NCBI RefSeq assembly: GCF_000189295.2
Contig: NC_016803.1
Location: 3,630,001 to 3,662,000 of the forward strand
DNA length: 32,000 nt
Source of the DNA: Pseudodesulfovibrio mercurii
Lineage (GTDB): Bacteria > Desulfobacterota > Desulfovibrionia > Desulfovibrionales > Desulfovibrionaceae
Direction: 5' to 3'
This document shows positions 24,484 through 31,950 of the stretch, piece by piece. The notes under the pieces are model-generated. The model had not been told where the DNA came from and did no database searches. It saw only the letters and a list, made by a program, of their open reading frames with translations. Position numbers and translations under genes: made by a program. Each line of letters begins with the position of its first letter. The first letter of the stretch is position 1.

Positions 24484-25080
24484 TCAGCCCTTGTACTGCT
24501 TGGGGAACTTTTCGCCCATGAGGTATTCCATGGCTTCGCGGTCCACGGTGCCCGAGGCGATCAGGAATTCCAGCCCCGCGACCATGGGGTGGTAGGTGAT
24601 CCCGTGGGGCAGTTCGTCGGCCGGGCCGTACAGGTACCGCTCCGAGGGCACGGCCTCGTCCACCTCGAGGAGCCCGTCCCCGGCCAGGATCGAGGGCAGC
24701 ACGTGGTCCAGGATGAGCCCCCCGGGCAACGTGGTCCAAATGTGATAGGTGCCCAAGGCGTCCTCGCCCGACTCGTTCTCGACCATCTTGCGGAAATGCG
24801 CGGGCGTGACCGGGAAGCGCATCTCCCCGTTCACGGCCACGTTGCCCATGGTCAGCACGCCGCCCGGAATGTGGAACTTCTTGGCCAGCATGTGGAACAT
24901 GCCGAAGTTGACGTTCAGTCCCTGCACCGCCCGCTGCCGGAACGGAATGTGCCCGGTGGCCTCGATGGCGTTGAGCACGGCCTGGTCCAGAACCACCGCC
25001 GTCTCATTGACCGTCACGTCCCCCAGCCCCAGCTTCTTCGTGCGCGACACAGCGCCCTTGAATTCCTTGAGATACGTCAT
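24484..25080 (-). CDS. Hypothetical protein (198 aa), no recognised domain
   Basis: Native-like GC (about 65% in a counted line) and good codon bias. It starts 57 nt downstream of the AT-rich ParA-like gene on the same strand. The SD is weak. Confidence 0.75.
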   Translation of the reverse strand: MTYLKEFKGAVSRTKKLGLGDVTVNETAVVLDQAVLNAIEATGHIPFRQRAVQGLNVNFGMFHMLAKKFHIPGGVLTMGNVAVNGEMRFPVTPAHFRKMVENESGEDALGTYHIWTTLPGGLILDHVLPSILAGDGLLEVDEAVPSERYLYGPADELPHGITYHPMVAGLEFLIASGTVDREAMEYLMGEKFPKQYKG

Positions 25081-25113
25081 GAGCAGTGCCTATCTCTTGT
25101 TATTCCTTAGGCA

Positions 25114-25129
25114 AAAATACATGTATTTT
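25114..25129. repeat. Perfect 16-bp palindrome AAAATACATGTATTTT
   Basis: The sequence is its own reverse complement. It lies in the 57-nt gap between the ParA-like stop (25138) and the 198-aa gene start (25080). Confidence 0.9.
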
Positions 25130-25137
25130 ACGATAAC

Positions 25138-26130
25138 CTATAACACTTCAAGAAGTTTATTGACGATGGGAATAAAAAGAGCTTTTGAATTTTTTGCTTT
25201 AGTTATGTGTGAGCCAGTAAGTCCATCTTTGGAACGGCAGTCAAAAACCGGCTTACGTGCTTCAAGCGAATACGGAATCAAACTGTGCAAGTTGGGAATC
25301 TTTCCAATGTTCCAATTATTATTTTTCCAATGATGGACTTGTCCTATCGGATCAAGGCGTTTGATAATATTATCCTTTACTGCGCTTTCTACCCGTTGCC
25401 CAAAAATATTCCATCCGTTAGTCATTCCAGATTTAGTATTCCGTACATTATGTTGCTGAGTTACATACCCTAAAAAAGTTGGCTTGCCCTCAGGAAGGGG
25501 GACTGTTTTTCCCTTGTACGCATCCTTGCATTGCTGCCATTCCTTTCTCCATGTTTCAAGTTTTGCACCGAGGTTTTGAGTTCCTCGAATTGAAAATAAG
25601 TCAGGAGATATTGGGACAATAAAGTAGTCGCTAGCGATAAGCATTGTTCGGTTTAACGCGCCGAGATTTGGCCCAAGATCTACCATTACAACGTCGGCAT
25701 TCACTCGTTGTGCCGCCCAAATGATAAATCTGTATATCGCAGTTTGAACTCGTAGTGCGCCAGCATCGCCACCTTTTGCACTATTCCACGAGTCGCCCAG
25801 TGTGTCTTCGAAATTACTGAGAAGAATGTCCCCAGGAATAATATACAAATTTGGGTAAGATGAATTCACCTGGGAAGGTTGACGTTTTCTGAAGTCGCCC
25901 GTTCGTTCATACATAGGTTCAATGGCATTCCATATACTGTTTCCTCGGTCGGATTTCCAACTTTTCTCCAATTCTGAATCGGGCATCAGGTATGCTGAAA
26001 GATTGCACTGGCTATCTAGGTCAGCAAGAAGGACCGTTTTATCTTCATGTTCGAGTAAGTGCGCAATATGATACATGTATGTTGTTTTTCCTACTCCGCC
26101 CTTATTGTTGAATATCGATACTACCTTCAT
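25138..26130 (-). CDS. ParA/MinD-family (deviant Walker A) ATPase with a C-terminal extension of about 100 aa (330 aa)
   Basis: Motifs seen are MKVVSIFNNKGGVGKTT (KGGxGK[ST]), LLADLDSQCN and VVMVDLGPNLG (Walker B). SD aggagg lies 7 nt upstream. No ParB-like or centromere-binding gene is evident nearby. Confidence 0.9.
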   Translation of the reverse strand: MKVVSIFNNKGGVGKTTYMYHIAHLLEHEDKTVLLADLDSQCNLSAYLMPDSELEKSWKSDRGNSIWNAIEPMYERTGDFRKRQPSQVNSSYPNLYIIPGDILLSNFEDTLGDSWNSAKGGDAGALRVQTAIYRFIIWAAQRVNADVVMVDLGPNLGALNRTMLIASDYFIVPISPDLFSIRGTQNLGAKLETWRKEWQQCKDAYKGKTVPLPEGKPTFLGYVTQQHNVRNTKSGMTNGWNIFGQRVESAVKDNIIKRLDPIGQVHHWKNNNWNIGKIPNLHSLIPYSLEARKPVFDCRSKDGLTGSHITKAKNSKALFIPIVNKLLEVL

Positions 26131-26210
26131 TTTGATACCTCCTGGTAATGTTTTGATAATGAAAAGGGTAGAGACTGTCTATGGTTATACGTAATTTGAT
26201 GACAAAATGC

Positions 26211-26244
26211 GTAATGCCCGCTGCGGGGGGGCAGCGGGCATTAC
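26211..26244 (-). terminator. Rho-independent terminator of nrdD
   Basis: Perfect 14-bp stem gtaatgcccgctgc / gcagcgggcattac with loop gggggg. On the minus strand it is followed by gcattttgtc. Confidence 0.82.
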
Positions 26245-26293
26245 ATTCCACTATCCTCAGGCCCCCTTCCTCAAGAGGGCCTTCAGAACTCGA

Positions 26294-28351
26294 TTAGTTG
26301 CACAGGCAGTCGCTGAAGACCACGCGGTCGGTGTATTCCGCCTGTTTGCCCTTGTTCCAGCGGGACACGGGCCGGTAGTAGCCCACGATGCGGGTGTAGA
26401 CCTCGGCCTCCTGGCCGCAGGTGGGGCATTCGAAGTGTTCGCCCAGGATGTAGCCGTGCTCCTTGCAGATGGAGAAGGTGGGCGTGATGGAGATGTACGG
26501 AATCTTGGTCTTGGAGAACGCCTTGAGGATGAAGTTCTTCAGGGACTTGGGATCGGTCACGGCCTCGCCCAGGAAGGTGTGGAAGACCGTGCCGCCGGTG
26601 TACAGCGGCTGGAGCTGGTTCTGGTGCTCCAGGGCGTAGAGCACGTCCTCGGAGATGCCCACGGGCAGTTGCGTGGAGTTGGTGTAGTAGGGGGTGCCGT
26701 TGCCCTGGGTCTTGATGTCGGCGTAGAGGGCCTTGTCGATCTTGGCCAGCCGGTAGCTGGTGCCTTCGGCGGGCGTGGCCTCGAGGTTGTAGAGGTTGCC
26801 GGTCTCCTCCTGGAAGCGGGCGGTGATGCGGCGCAGGTGGTTCAGGGTGCGGCGCATGAGGCGCACGCCGCCCTCGGTCTGGATGCCCTTGCCGATGAGG
26901 TTCAGGCAGGCCTCGTGGCCGCCGAGCAGGCCGATGGTCGAGAAGTGGCCCTTGTAGCCGTTCTTGAGGTAGCGGCGGGACCAGGGGAACATGCCCGCTT
27001 CGAGGTTGTTGTTAATGATCTTGCGCTTGTATTCCAGGGAGTCCTTGGCCAGCTCGGCGTATTCCTCGACCATGTCCAGGAAGTCGTCTTCGGATTGGGA
27101 CAGGTAGGCCAGCTTGGGTAGGTTCAGGGTGACCACGCCGATGGAGCCGGTCAGGTCGCCCGCGCCGAACAGGCCGCCGGTCTTGTTGCGCAGTTCGCGC
27201 AGGTCCATCTGGAGCCGGCAGCACATGGAGCGCACGTCCTCGGGGTTCAGGTCCGAGCTGATGAAGTTCTGGAAGTAGGGCACGCCGTACTTGGCGGTCA
27301 GCTTCATGAGCTTCTCGCCGATCTCGGATTCCCAGGGGAAGTCCTCGGTGACGTTGTAGGTCGGGATGGGGAAGGAGAAGATGCGGTCGCAGTGGTCGCC
27401 CTCGAGCATGACCTCGATGTACGCCCGGTTGATCATGTCCATCTCTTCCTGGAAGTCGCCGTAGGTCAGCTCGTCGTCGTATTTGCCGCCGATGATGACC
27501 GGTTCCTTGGCGATGTGCTTGGGGGCCACCAGGTCGAAGGACAGGTTGGTGAACGGCGACTGGCCGCCCCAGCGCGAGGTGGTGTTGAGGTTGAAGACGA
27601 ATTTCTGCATGCACTGGCGCACCTGGTCGTAGGGCAGCCCGTCCTCGCGGATGAACGGGGCCAGGTAGGTGTCCACGTTGTTGAAGGCCTGGGCGCCCGC
27701 CCATTCGTTCTGCAGCGTGCCGAGAAAATTGTTCATCTGGCCGAGCGCCGTGTCGAAGTGCCTGGCCGGTCCGGCCGAGGCGCGGCCCTCCAGGTTGAAG
27801 CCCTCCAGGAGCAGGTCGCGCAGGGACCAGCCCGCGCAGTACCCGGCCAGGCCGAAGGACAGGTCGTGGATGTGGAAATAGCCGTGCTCGTGGGCCAGGC
27901 GGATCTCCTCGGGGTACTTCTCCAGGGCGTAGCGGGCCTGGACCGTGCCGGACAGGTGCAGCATGAGCCCCTGGAAGGAGTGGGTCATGTTGGCGTTCTC
28001 GTTGACGCGCCAGTCGGCCTGGTCAAGGTAGGTGTCGATGACGTCCTTGATGTCCAGGTAGGCCGCCTTCTGGGAGCGGAGCTGGCGGCGCTTCTCGCGG
28101 TACAGGATGTACTTCTTGGCGATGTCGTACTGCCGACCCTCCATGAGCACCTGCTCGACCATGTTCTGGACGTGCTCCTGCTCCGGGATGTCCATGCCGT
28201 CGAGCTTCTTCTCGACCTTACGGGCCAGCCGCCGGGCCAGGAGCGGGTCCTTGATCCCGCTGGCGCTGAGCGCCTTGAAAATGGCCTGTGCGATGCGGTC
28301 AGTTGACCACGTTTCCAGCCGGCCGTCTCTCTTCATGATTTGGCTTGGCAT
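26294..28351 (-). CDS. nrdD: Anaerobic ribonucleoside-triphosphate reductase, class III (685 aa)
   Basis: N-terminal ATP-cone (IMKRDGRLETWSTDRIAQAI), a C-terminal Zn ribbon (CKEHGY...CPTCGQ) and the glycyl-radical motif RIVGYYRP. SD aaggagga lies 9 nt upstream of the ATG at 28351. Confidence 0.96.
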   Translation of the reverse strand: MPSQIMKRDGRLETWSTDRIAQAIFKALSASGIKDPLLARRLARKVEKKLDGMDIPEQEHVQNMVEQVLMEGRQYDIAKKYILYREKRRQLRSQKAAYLDIKDVIDTYLDQADWRVNENANMTHSFQGLMLHLSGTVQARYALEKYPEEIRLAHEHGYFHIHDLSFGLAGYCAGWSLRDLLLEGFNLEGRASAGPARHFDTALGQMNNFLGTLQNEWAGAQAFNNVDTYLAPFIREDGLPYDQVRQCMQKFVFNLNTTSRWGGQSPFTNLSFDLVAPKHIAKEPVIIGGKYDDELTYGDFQEEMDMINRAYIEVMLEGDHCDRIFSFPIPTYNVTEDFPWESEIGEKLMKLTAKYGVPYFQNFISSDLNPEDVRSMCCRLQMDLRELRNKTGGLFGAGDLTGSIGVVTLNLPKLAYLSQSEDDFLDMVEEYAELAKDSLEYKRKIINNNLEAGMFPWSRRYLKNGYKGHFSTIGLLGGHEACLNLIGKGIQTEGGVRLMRRTLNHLRRITARFQEETGNLYNLEATPAEGTSYRLAKIDKALYADIKTQGNGTPYYTNSTQLPVGISEDVLYALEHQNQLQPLYTGGTVFHTFLGEAVTDPKSLKNFILKAFSKTKIPYISITPTFSICKEHGYILGEHFECPTCGQEAEVYTRIVGYYRPVSRWNKGKQAEYTDRVVFSDCLCN

Positions 28352-28982
28352 GCTCCGGCGTCCTCCTTGGGGGCACGTATTTCTGGATTTTCAGTTCATG
28401 GCGGGGGGGCAGATAGCTTTGGGCGACGGCGATGTCGGCCCGGGTCAGGCCGGGCACCTGCGTGATGCGGAAATAGAAGGCGTCGGGCCGGGCCTCGGCC
28501 ATCTCGAAGATGCGGGTCAGGTTCGCCCTCGCCGCGATCTCGGACACGGCGTTGCCGGTCAGGGACGGGTACTTGGCGAAGGGCCCCTTGACGTCCACGG
28601 CAAAGGTGTCGACGAGCTTTTCCTGGAGGAGTTCGGCGACCACTTCCGGGCGCATGCCGTTGCTGTCCATCTTCACGGGCAGCCCGGTCTTCCGGATCTC
28701 GAAGGCCAGTTCGCCCACGCCGGGCACCGTGGTGGGCTCGCCGCCGGAGATGGTCACGCCGTCCAGCCAGCCCGCGCGGTCGCGCAGGTAGGCCCGGACG
28801 CGCTGCGCGTCGATGACCGGCAGGGAGTGCATGTCCCAGGCGAGCTGGAAGTTGTGGCAGGTGGGGCAGCGCAGGTTGCAGCCGCCCAGGAAGATGATGC
28901 AGGAGGTCCTTCCGGGCCAATCGCACAGGCTCAGGTTCTCGAACCCGCGGACAAAATTCCAGGCCCCTTTCGGCTCGCTCAT
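28299..28982 (-). CDS. nrdG: Anaerobic RNR activating protein, radical SAM (227 aa)
   Basis: The internal ATG at 28982 has SD gaggag upstream. The radical-SAM cluster motif is GGCNLRCPTCHN, and GGEP is present. The 3' end overlaps the nrdD start by 53 nt. Confidence 0.9.
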   Translation of the reverse strand: MSEPKGAWNFVRGFENLSLCDWPGRTSCIIFLGGCNLRCPTCHNFQLAWDMHSLPVIDAQRVRAYLRDRAGWLDGVTISGGEPTTVPGVGELAFEIRKTGLPVKMDSNGMRPEVVAELLQEKLVDTFAVDVKGPFAKYPSLTGNAVSEIAARANLTRIFEMAEARPDAFYFRITQVPGLTRADIAVAQSYLPPRHELKIQKYVPPRRTPEHAKPNHEERRPAGNVVN

Positions 28983-29224
28983 CTCGACTCCTCGGGAAAC
29001 AACGCACCGCACCCGGCGGCAGCGCATGGCGTAAGTAATGATAATGTCCGGGGATGCTGTTACCGTCACCACTCCCGGGGCGGGCGCGGACGCGATTCCC
29101 GCAGGGAAAAAGGCGTGAGCGCGTGAGCCACACCCTATCCCAGCACCGGAATTTTGTACAGGGGGGAGCGTGAAAACATTTAGCTACATAAGTGAATTTT
29201 CGGAGTTATCAGCAGTTGTGAGCG

Positions 29225-29252
29225 ATTATCATAACTATGGAAAAGTTTTCAA
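29225..29252 (-). promoter_or_regulatory. Candidate sigma70-type promoter for nrdG-nrdD
   Basis: The minus strand reads TTGAAA (29252..29247), N16, GATAAT (29230..29225). It would give a 5' leader of about 235 nt. The -35 element lies inside the shared 14-mer. Confidence 0.3.
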
Positions 29253-29259
29253 CTGTTGT
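29246..29259 (-). promoter_or_regulatory. Second copy of the 14-nt motif ACAACAGTTGAAAA
   Basis: Plus-strand ttttcaactgttgt, identical to 23340..23353, about 265 nt upstream of the nrdG ATG. Confidence 0.4.
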
Positions 29260-29285
29260 TAAATGATGAACACGCCATAATATTT

Positions 29286-29318
29286 AACTTTTTTCTAGAG
29301 TAAGTTTAGAAAAAAGTT
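29286..29318. repeat. Perfect 12-bp AT-rich inverted repeat
   Basis: aacttttttcta (29286..29297) and tagaaaaaagtt (29307..29318) are separated by 9 nt. On the + strand the repeat is followed by ttttcg. Confidence 0.85.
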
Positions 29319-29449
29319 TTTTCGATTTCAGCGGGATTGGTTTTCGACAGAAGGGGATTGTGACGGGCGGGAAAAGATCGGCGGTGAAGCGCTGAAAGGT
29401 GCTTACCACAAGGGCTCCGGGTTGGGAACAGAAAAGTGGCCGTATTCCA

Positions 29450-29485
29450 CAGGAAAAAGAACAATCTATTCGGGAGTTTTTCCTG
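29450..29485. promoter_or_regulatory. Inverted repeat CAGGAAAAA-N18-TTTTTCCTG, candidate enhancer (UAS) for a sigma54 activator
   Basis: The 9-bp arms at 29450..29458 and 29477..29485 are perfect. The repeat is centred about 95 nt upstream of the -24 element at 29562. Confidence 0.35.
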
Positions 29486-29560
29486 GTTCGCGGCAAACCC
29501 CCGCCCGCCAAGGGACAGCGCCCGTCAAGGCCATTTCGGGCTGTTTTGGGGGTGGAATTC

Positions 29561-29576
29561 CGGCACGGGATTTGCC
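29561..29576 (+). promoter_or_regulatory. Candidate sigma54 (-24/-12) promoter upstream of the 356-aa ORF
   Basis: CGGCAC-GGGAT-TTGCC includes GGCACG and TTGC with exact spacing. It lies 81 nt upstream of the GTG at 29657. Confidence 0.5.
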
Positions 29577-29656
29577 TGCTTTGCGGTTCCTCTTGGCGAG
29601 GATGCGTTGATGGTGTATAGATTGTCCGGTGAAACGCGGACCAAAGGAGGAGCGCC

Positions 29657-30727
29657 GTGCAGAAGGACATGCATTTTTACGGTACGTATGCGGTGGCCCG
29701 CATCGCGGGCTTTGCGCCGGAGGAGGCGCGGATCGTGGCCACGGCCGACCAGTTCGTGGACGACGCGACCCTGGCCGCGCCGGTCTCCCTGAACGGGCGG
29801 GCGTATCTCCTGCCCGTGGTCTCGTCCCACGGCATGTTCGAGCTGGCCAAGAATTCCAACACCATTGACCAGTGGCAGGTCTGGCTGCCGTTCCATTTCC
29901 TGCCAGGCAATCAGGGCAACGACGGGGAGCGGCGGCTCATCTGCCTGTGGGGCGAGCCGGACAATCACGTGGCCGAGGCGGTCCTGAACCTGGCCTTGGG
30001 CGAGCGCCGAAAGGCTCACGGCCTGCACTTTCTCGGCCTGGTCGGCCACGTGCTTCAGGACACCTATGCCCATTACGGGTTCTGCGGCATGGCGTCGGAC
30101 CGCAACCGCATCGACCAGCGGACCCTGACGGTCCGGAACAAGGGGTCCTTCGAGGCCTGGGCCGAGGGGGTGTGCCGGACCTTCGAGGGGCGGTTCACCG
30201 GTTCCGTGGCCGAGGAGACCCGGCTGGGGCACGCCTCGGTGGCCACCTTCCCGGACCTGCCGTACCTGAAGTGGGGATTCCGGTACAAGACCGCCCCGGA
30301 GCTCTATCCGGGCTACGACCTGGAGGAACGGGACAATCCGGGGTCCTTTTACCTCGCCTGCACCCGGCTGCACGCCCTGTTCCGGGCCTACCGCAACGGC
30401 TTGCCGTCGATGGAGCAGAGCGACGGGCACGCCTCCTTCTCCCGGCAGACCTCGGGCGCCCTGCGTTCACTCCTGGGCCGGATCGAGCCCGAGCTGGCGG
30501 CGCGCTGCGGCCTGTGGCGGGAGCGCATCGCGGACGGCTCGCTCTTCCCGGCCCTGCCCGAGGACCGGGACGTGGCCTACGACGACGCGCCGTGGCGGTT
30601 CGCAGTCATGGAGAACAATGCGGGGGCGACCCTGACCCACGCCTACCTCTTCAACCGGGCGGCGCGGCGTTATCTGGACGCGGTCCTGACCGAGGTGCTG
30701 CCGGGTGCGGACCTGCTCGTGGTCTAG
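29657..30727 (+). CDS. Hypothetical protein with His/Asp metal-site-like motif, possibly of the zinc phospholipase C / P1 nuclease fold (356 aa)
   Basis: SD aaggagga lies 5 nt upstream of the GTG. The N-terminus is MHFYGTYAVARIAGF and an internal motif is GLVGHVLQDTYAHYGF (H-x2-QD-x2-H). The family assignment is tentative. Confidence 0.8.
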   Translation: MQKDMHFYGTYAVARIAGFAPEEARIVATADQFVDDATLAAPVSLNGRAYLLPVVSSHGMFELAKNSNTIDQWQVWLPFHFLPGNQGNDGERRLICLWGEPDNHVAEAVLNLALGERRKAHGLHFLGLVGHVLQDTYAHYGFCGMASDRNRIDQRTLTVRNKGSFEAWAEGVCRTFEGRFTGSVAEETRLGHASVATFPDLPYLKWGFRYKTAPELYPGYDLEERDNPGSFYLACTRLHALFRAYRNGLPSMEQSDGHASFSRQTSGALRSLLGRIEPELAARCGLWRERIADGSLFPALPEDRDVAYDDAPWRFAVMENNAGATLTHAYLFNRAARRYLDAVLTEVLPGADLLVV

Positions 30728-31950
30728 TCGGCGGAGCGCGTGTCCACCAGGGCGTTGCGCTGGTAGGCGCGCAGGTCGAACTCGGGCAGGGCGGCCAGGA
30801 AGTGGTCCATGATGCCGGAGACGATGTCCTCGTGCAGCTCCCAGGCCGTGTCGCTGGTGAAGCAGTAGATCTCGAGCGGCAGGCCGTCGTCGGCGTGGGG
30901 CTGGAGCTGGCGCACGAGCAGGGTCATATCCTGGCGGATCTTGGGGTGGGCGCGCAGGTATTCCCGGGCGTAGTAGCGGAACAGGCCGATGTTGGTCATG
31001 CGCCGCCCGTTGAGCGGCGAGGACGGATCGGCCCCGGACGCGGCGTTGGCGGCGTCGATCTCCTTCTGGCGCATGATCATGAACGGGGCCAGGTGCTGGA
31101 CCTTCATCAACCGCTCCTTGAGGGCGGGGTCGGCGAAGCGGATGGACGACTGGTCGATCATGATGGCCCGCTTCATCCGGCGGCCGCCGCTTTGCGTCAT
31201 GCTCTCCCAGTTCTTGAACGGGGTGTCCAGGAACTTGAAGGTCGGGATGGCCGTGACGGTCATGTCCCAGTTCTGGACCTTGACCGTGTTCAGGGCGATG
31301 TCGATGACCGTGCCGTCCGCGTTCATGGCGGGCATCTCGATCCAGTCCCCGGCGTGGAGCAGGTCGTTGGCCGACATCTGGATGCCCGCCACCAGGGAGA
31401 GCAGGGTGTCGCGGAAGACCAGCATGAGCACCGCGGTCATGGCGCCGATGCCCGAGAGCAGGCCCCAGGGCGACTCGCCGAGCATGATGGCCACCACCGA
31501 GACCCCGCCGAGCATGTAGATGAACAGCTTGACGAGCTGCACGTACCCCTTGATGGGGCGGCGGTTGGAGACCTCGAAGGTCCGGTACAGTCCGGACAGG
31601 GCGTCCAGGAGTTTGGCCAGGATCAGGACCACGGCCACGGCCAGGTAGGCGTAGATCAGGTGGTCCAGGACCCCTTTGAGCCCGGAGAAGAATTCCAGCC
31701 CCCAGAAGAAGACCAGGGCCGGGGCCAGGAGCGCGGCCCTCGAGAAGAACCCGGCCTTGAGCAGGAAGTCGTCGAAGCTGTTGTTGGTCCGGTGGGCGAA
31801 GGCCCTGGCCCCGCGCACCAGCAGCGCCCGCGCCAGGAAGAAGGCGATCAGGCCGCCCGCGATCAGGAGGCCGGTCTTGGTCGCGAGGTCCAGGATCGGG
31901 TCCGAGTCGATGAGGGTGACGGGCAGGGTGAGGGACAGGTCGAGGTTCAC
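30724..31950 (-). CDS. MscS-family mechanosensitive ion channel (408 aa)
   Basis: Several N-terminal TM helices precede the MscS core (LLSLVAGIQMSANDLLHAGDWIEM...GTVIDIALNTVKVQNWD). GTG start with SD aaggag 9 nt upstream. The stop overlaps the stop of the convergent gene. Confidence 0.9.
   Translation of the reverse strand: MNLDLSLTLPVTLIDSDPILDLATKTGLLIAGGLIAFFLARALLVRGARAFAHRTNNSFDDFLLKAGFFSRAALLAPALVFFWGLEFFSGLKGVLDHLIYAYLAVAVVLILAKLLDALSGLYRTFEVSNRRPIKGYVQLVKLFIYMLGGVSVVAIMLGESPWGLLSGIGAMTAVLMLVFRDTLLSLVAGIQMSANDLLHAGDWIEMPAMNADGTVIDIALNTVKVQNWDMTVTAIPTFKFLDTPFKNWESMTQSGGRRMKRAIMIDQSSIRFADPALKERLMKVQHLAPFMIMRQKEIDAANAASGADPSSPLNGRRMTNIGLFRYYAREYLRAHPKIRQDMTLLVRQLQPHADDGLPLEIYCFTSDTAWELHEDIVSGIMDHFLAALPEFDLRAYQRNALVDTRSAD

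Larger units (their letters stand above)
25085..26210. other. AT-rich compositional island carrying a single gene
   Basis: Hand counts gave 28% and 45% G+C for lines 25141 and 25681, against about 65% at 24541. The boundaries are sharp, at the start codon of the 198-aa gene and at the nrdD terminator hairpin. No integrase, tRNA or clear flanking direct repeats were seen. Confidence 0.8.

Noticed and set aside
25081-26290. Flanking direct repeats, att sites or a tRNA that would mark the ParA island as an integrated mobile element
   Set aside because: Only trivial AT-rich similarities (tttgata and gataa) were found at the two edges. There is no integrase, transposase or tRNA gene, so the island is not called a mobile element.
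28983-29130. Cobalamin riboswitch or NrdR boxes upstream of nrdG
   Set aside because: A GGGAA and an ACGGTAA string occur, but their order and spacing do not match the B12 element core. No B12 box (AGYCMGGAGACCKGCC-like) is present. No 16-bp ACACnAtATaTnGTGT-type NrdR palindrome was found in the AT-rich patch.
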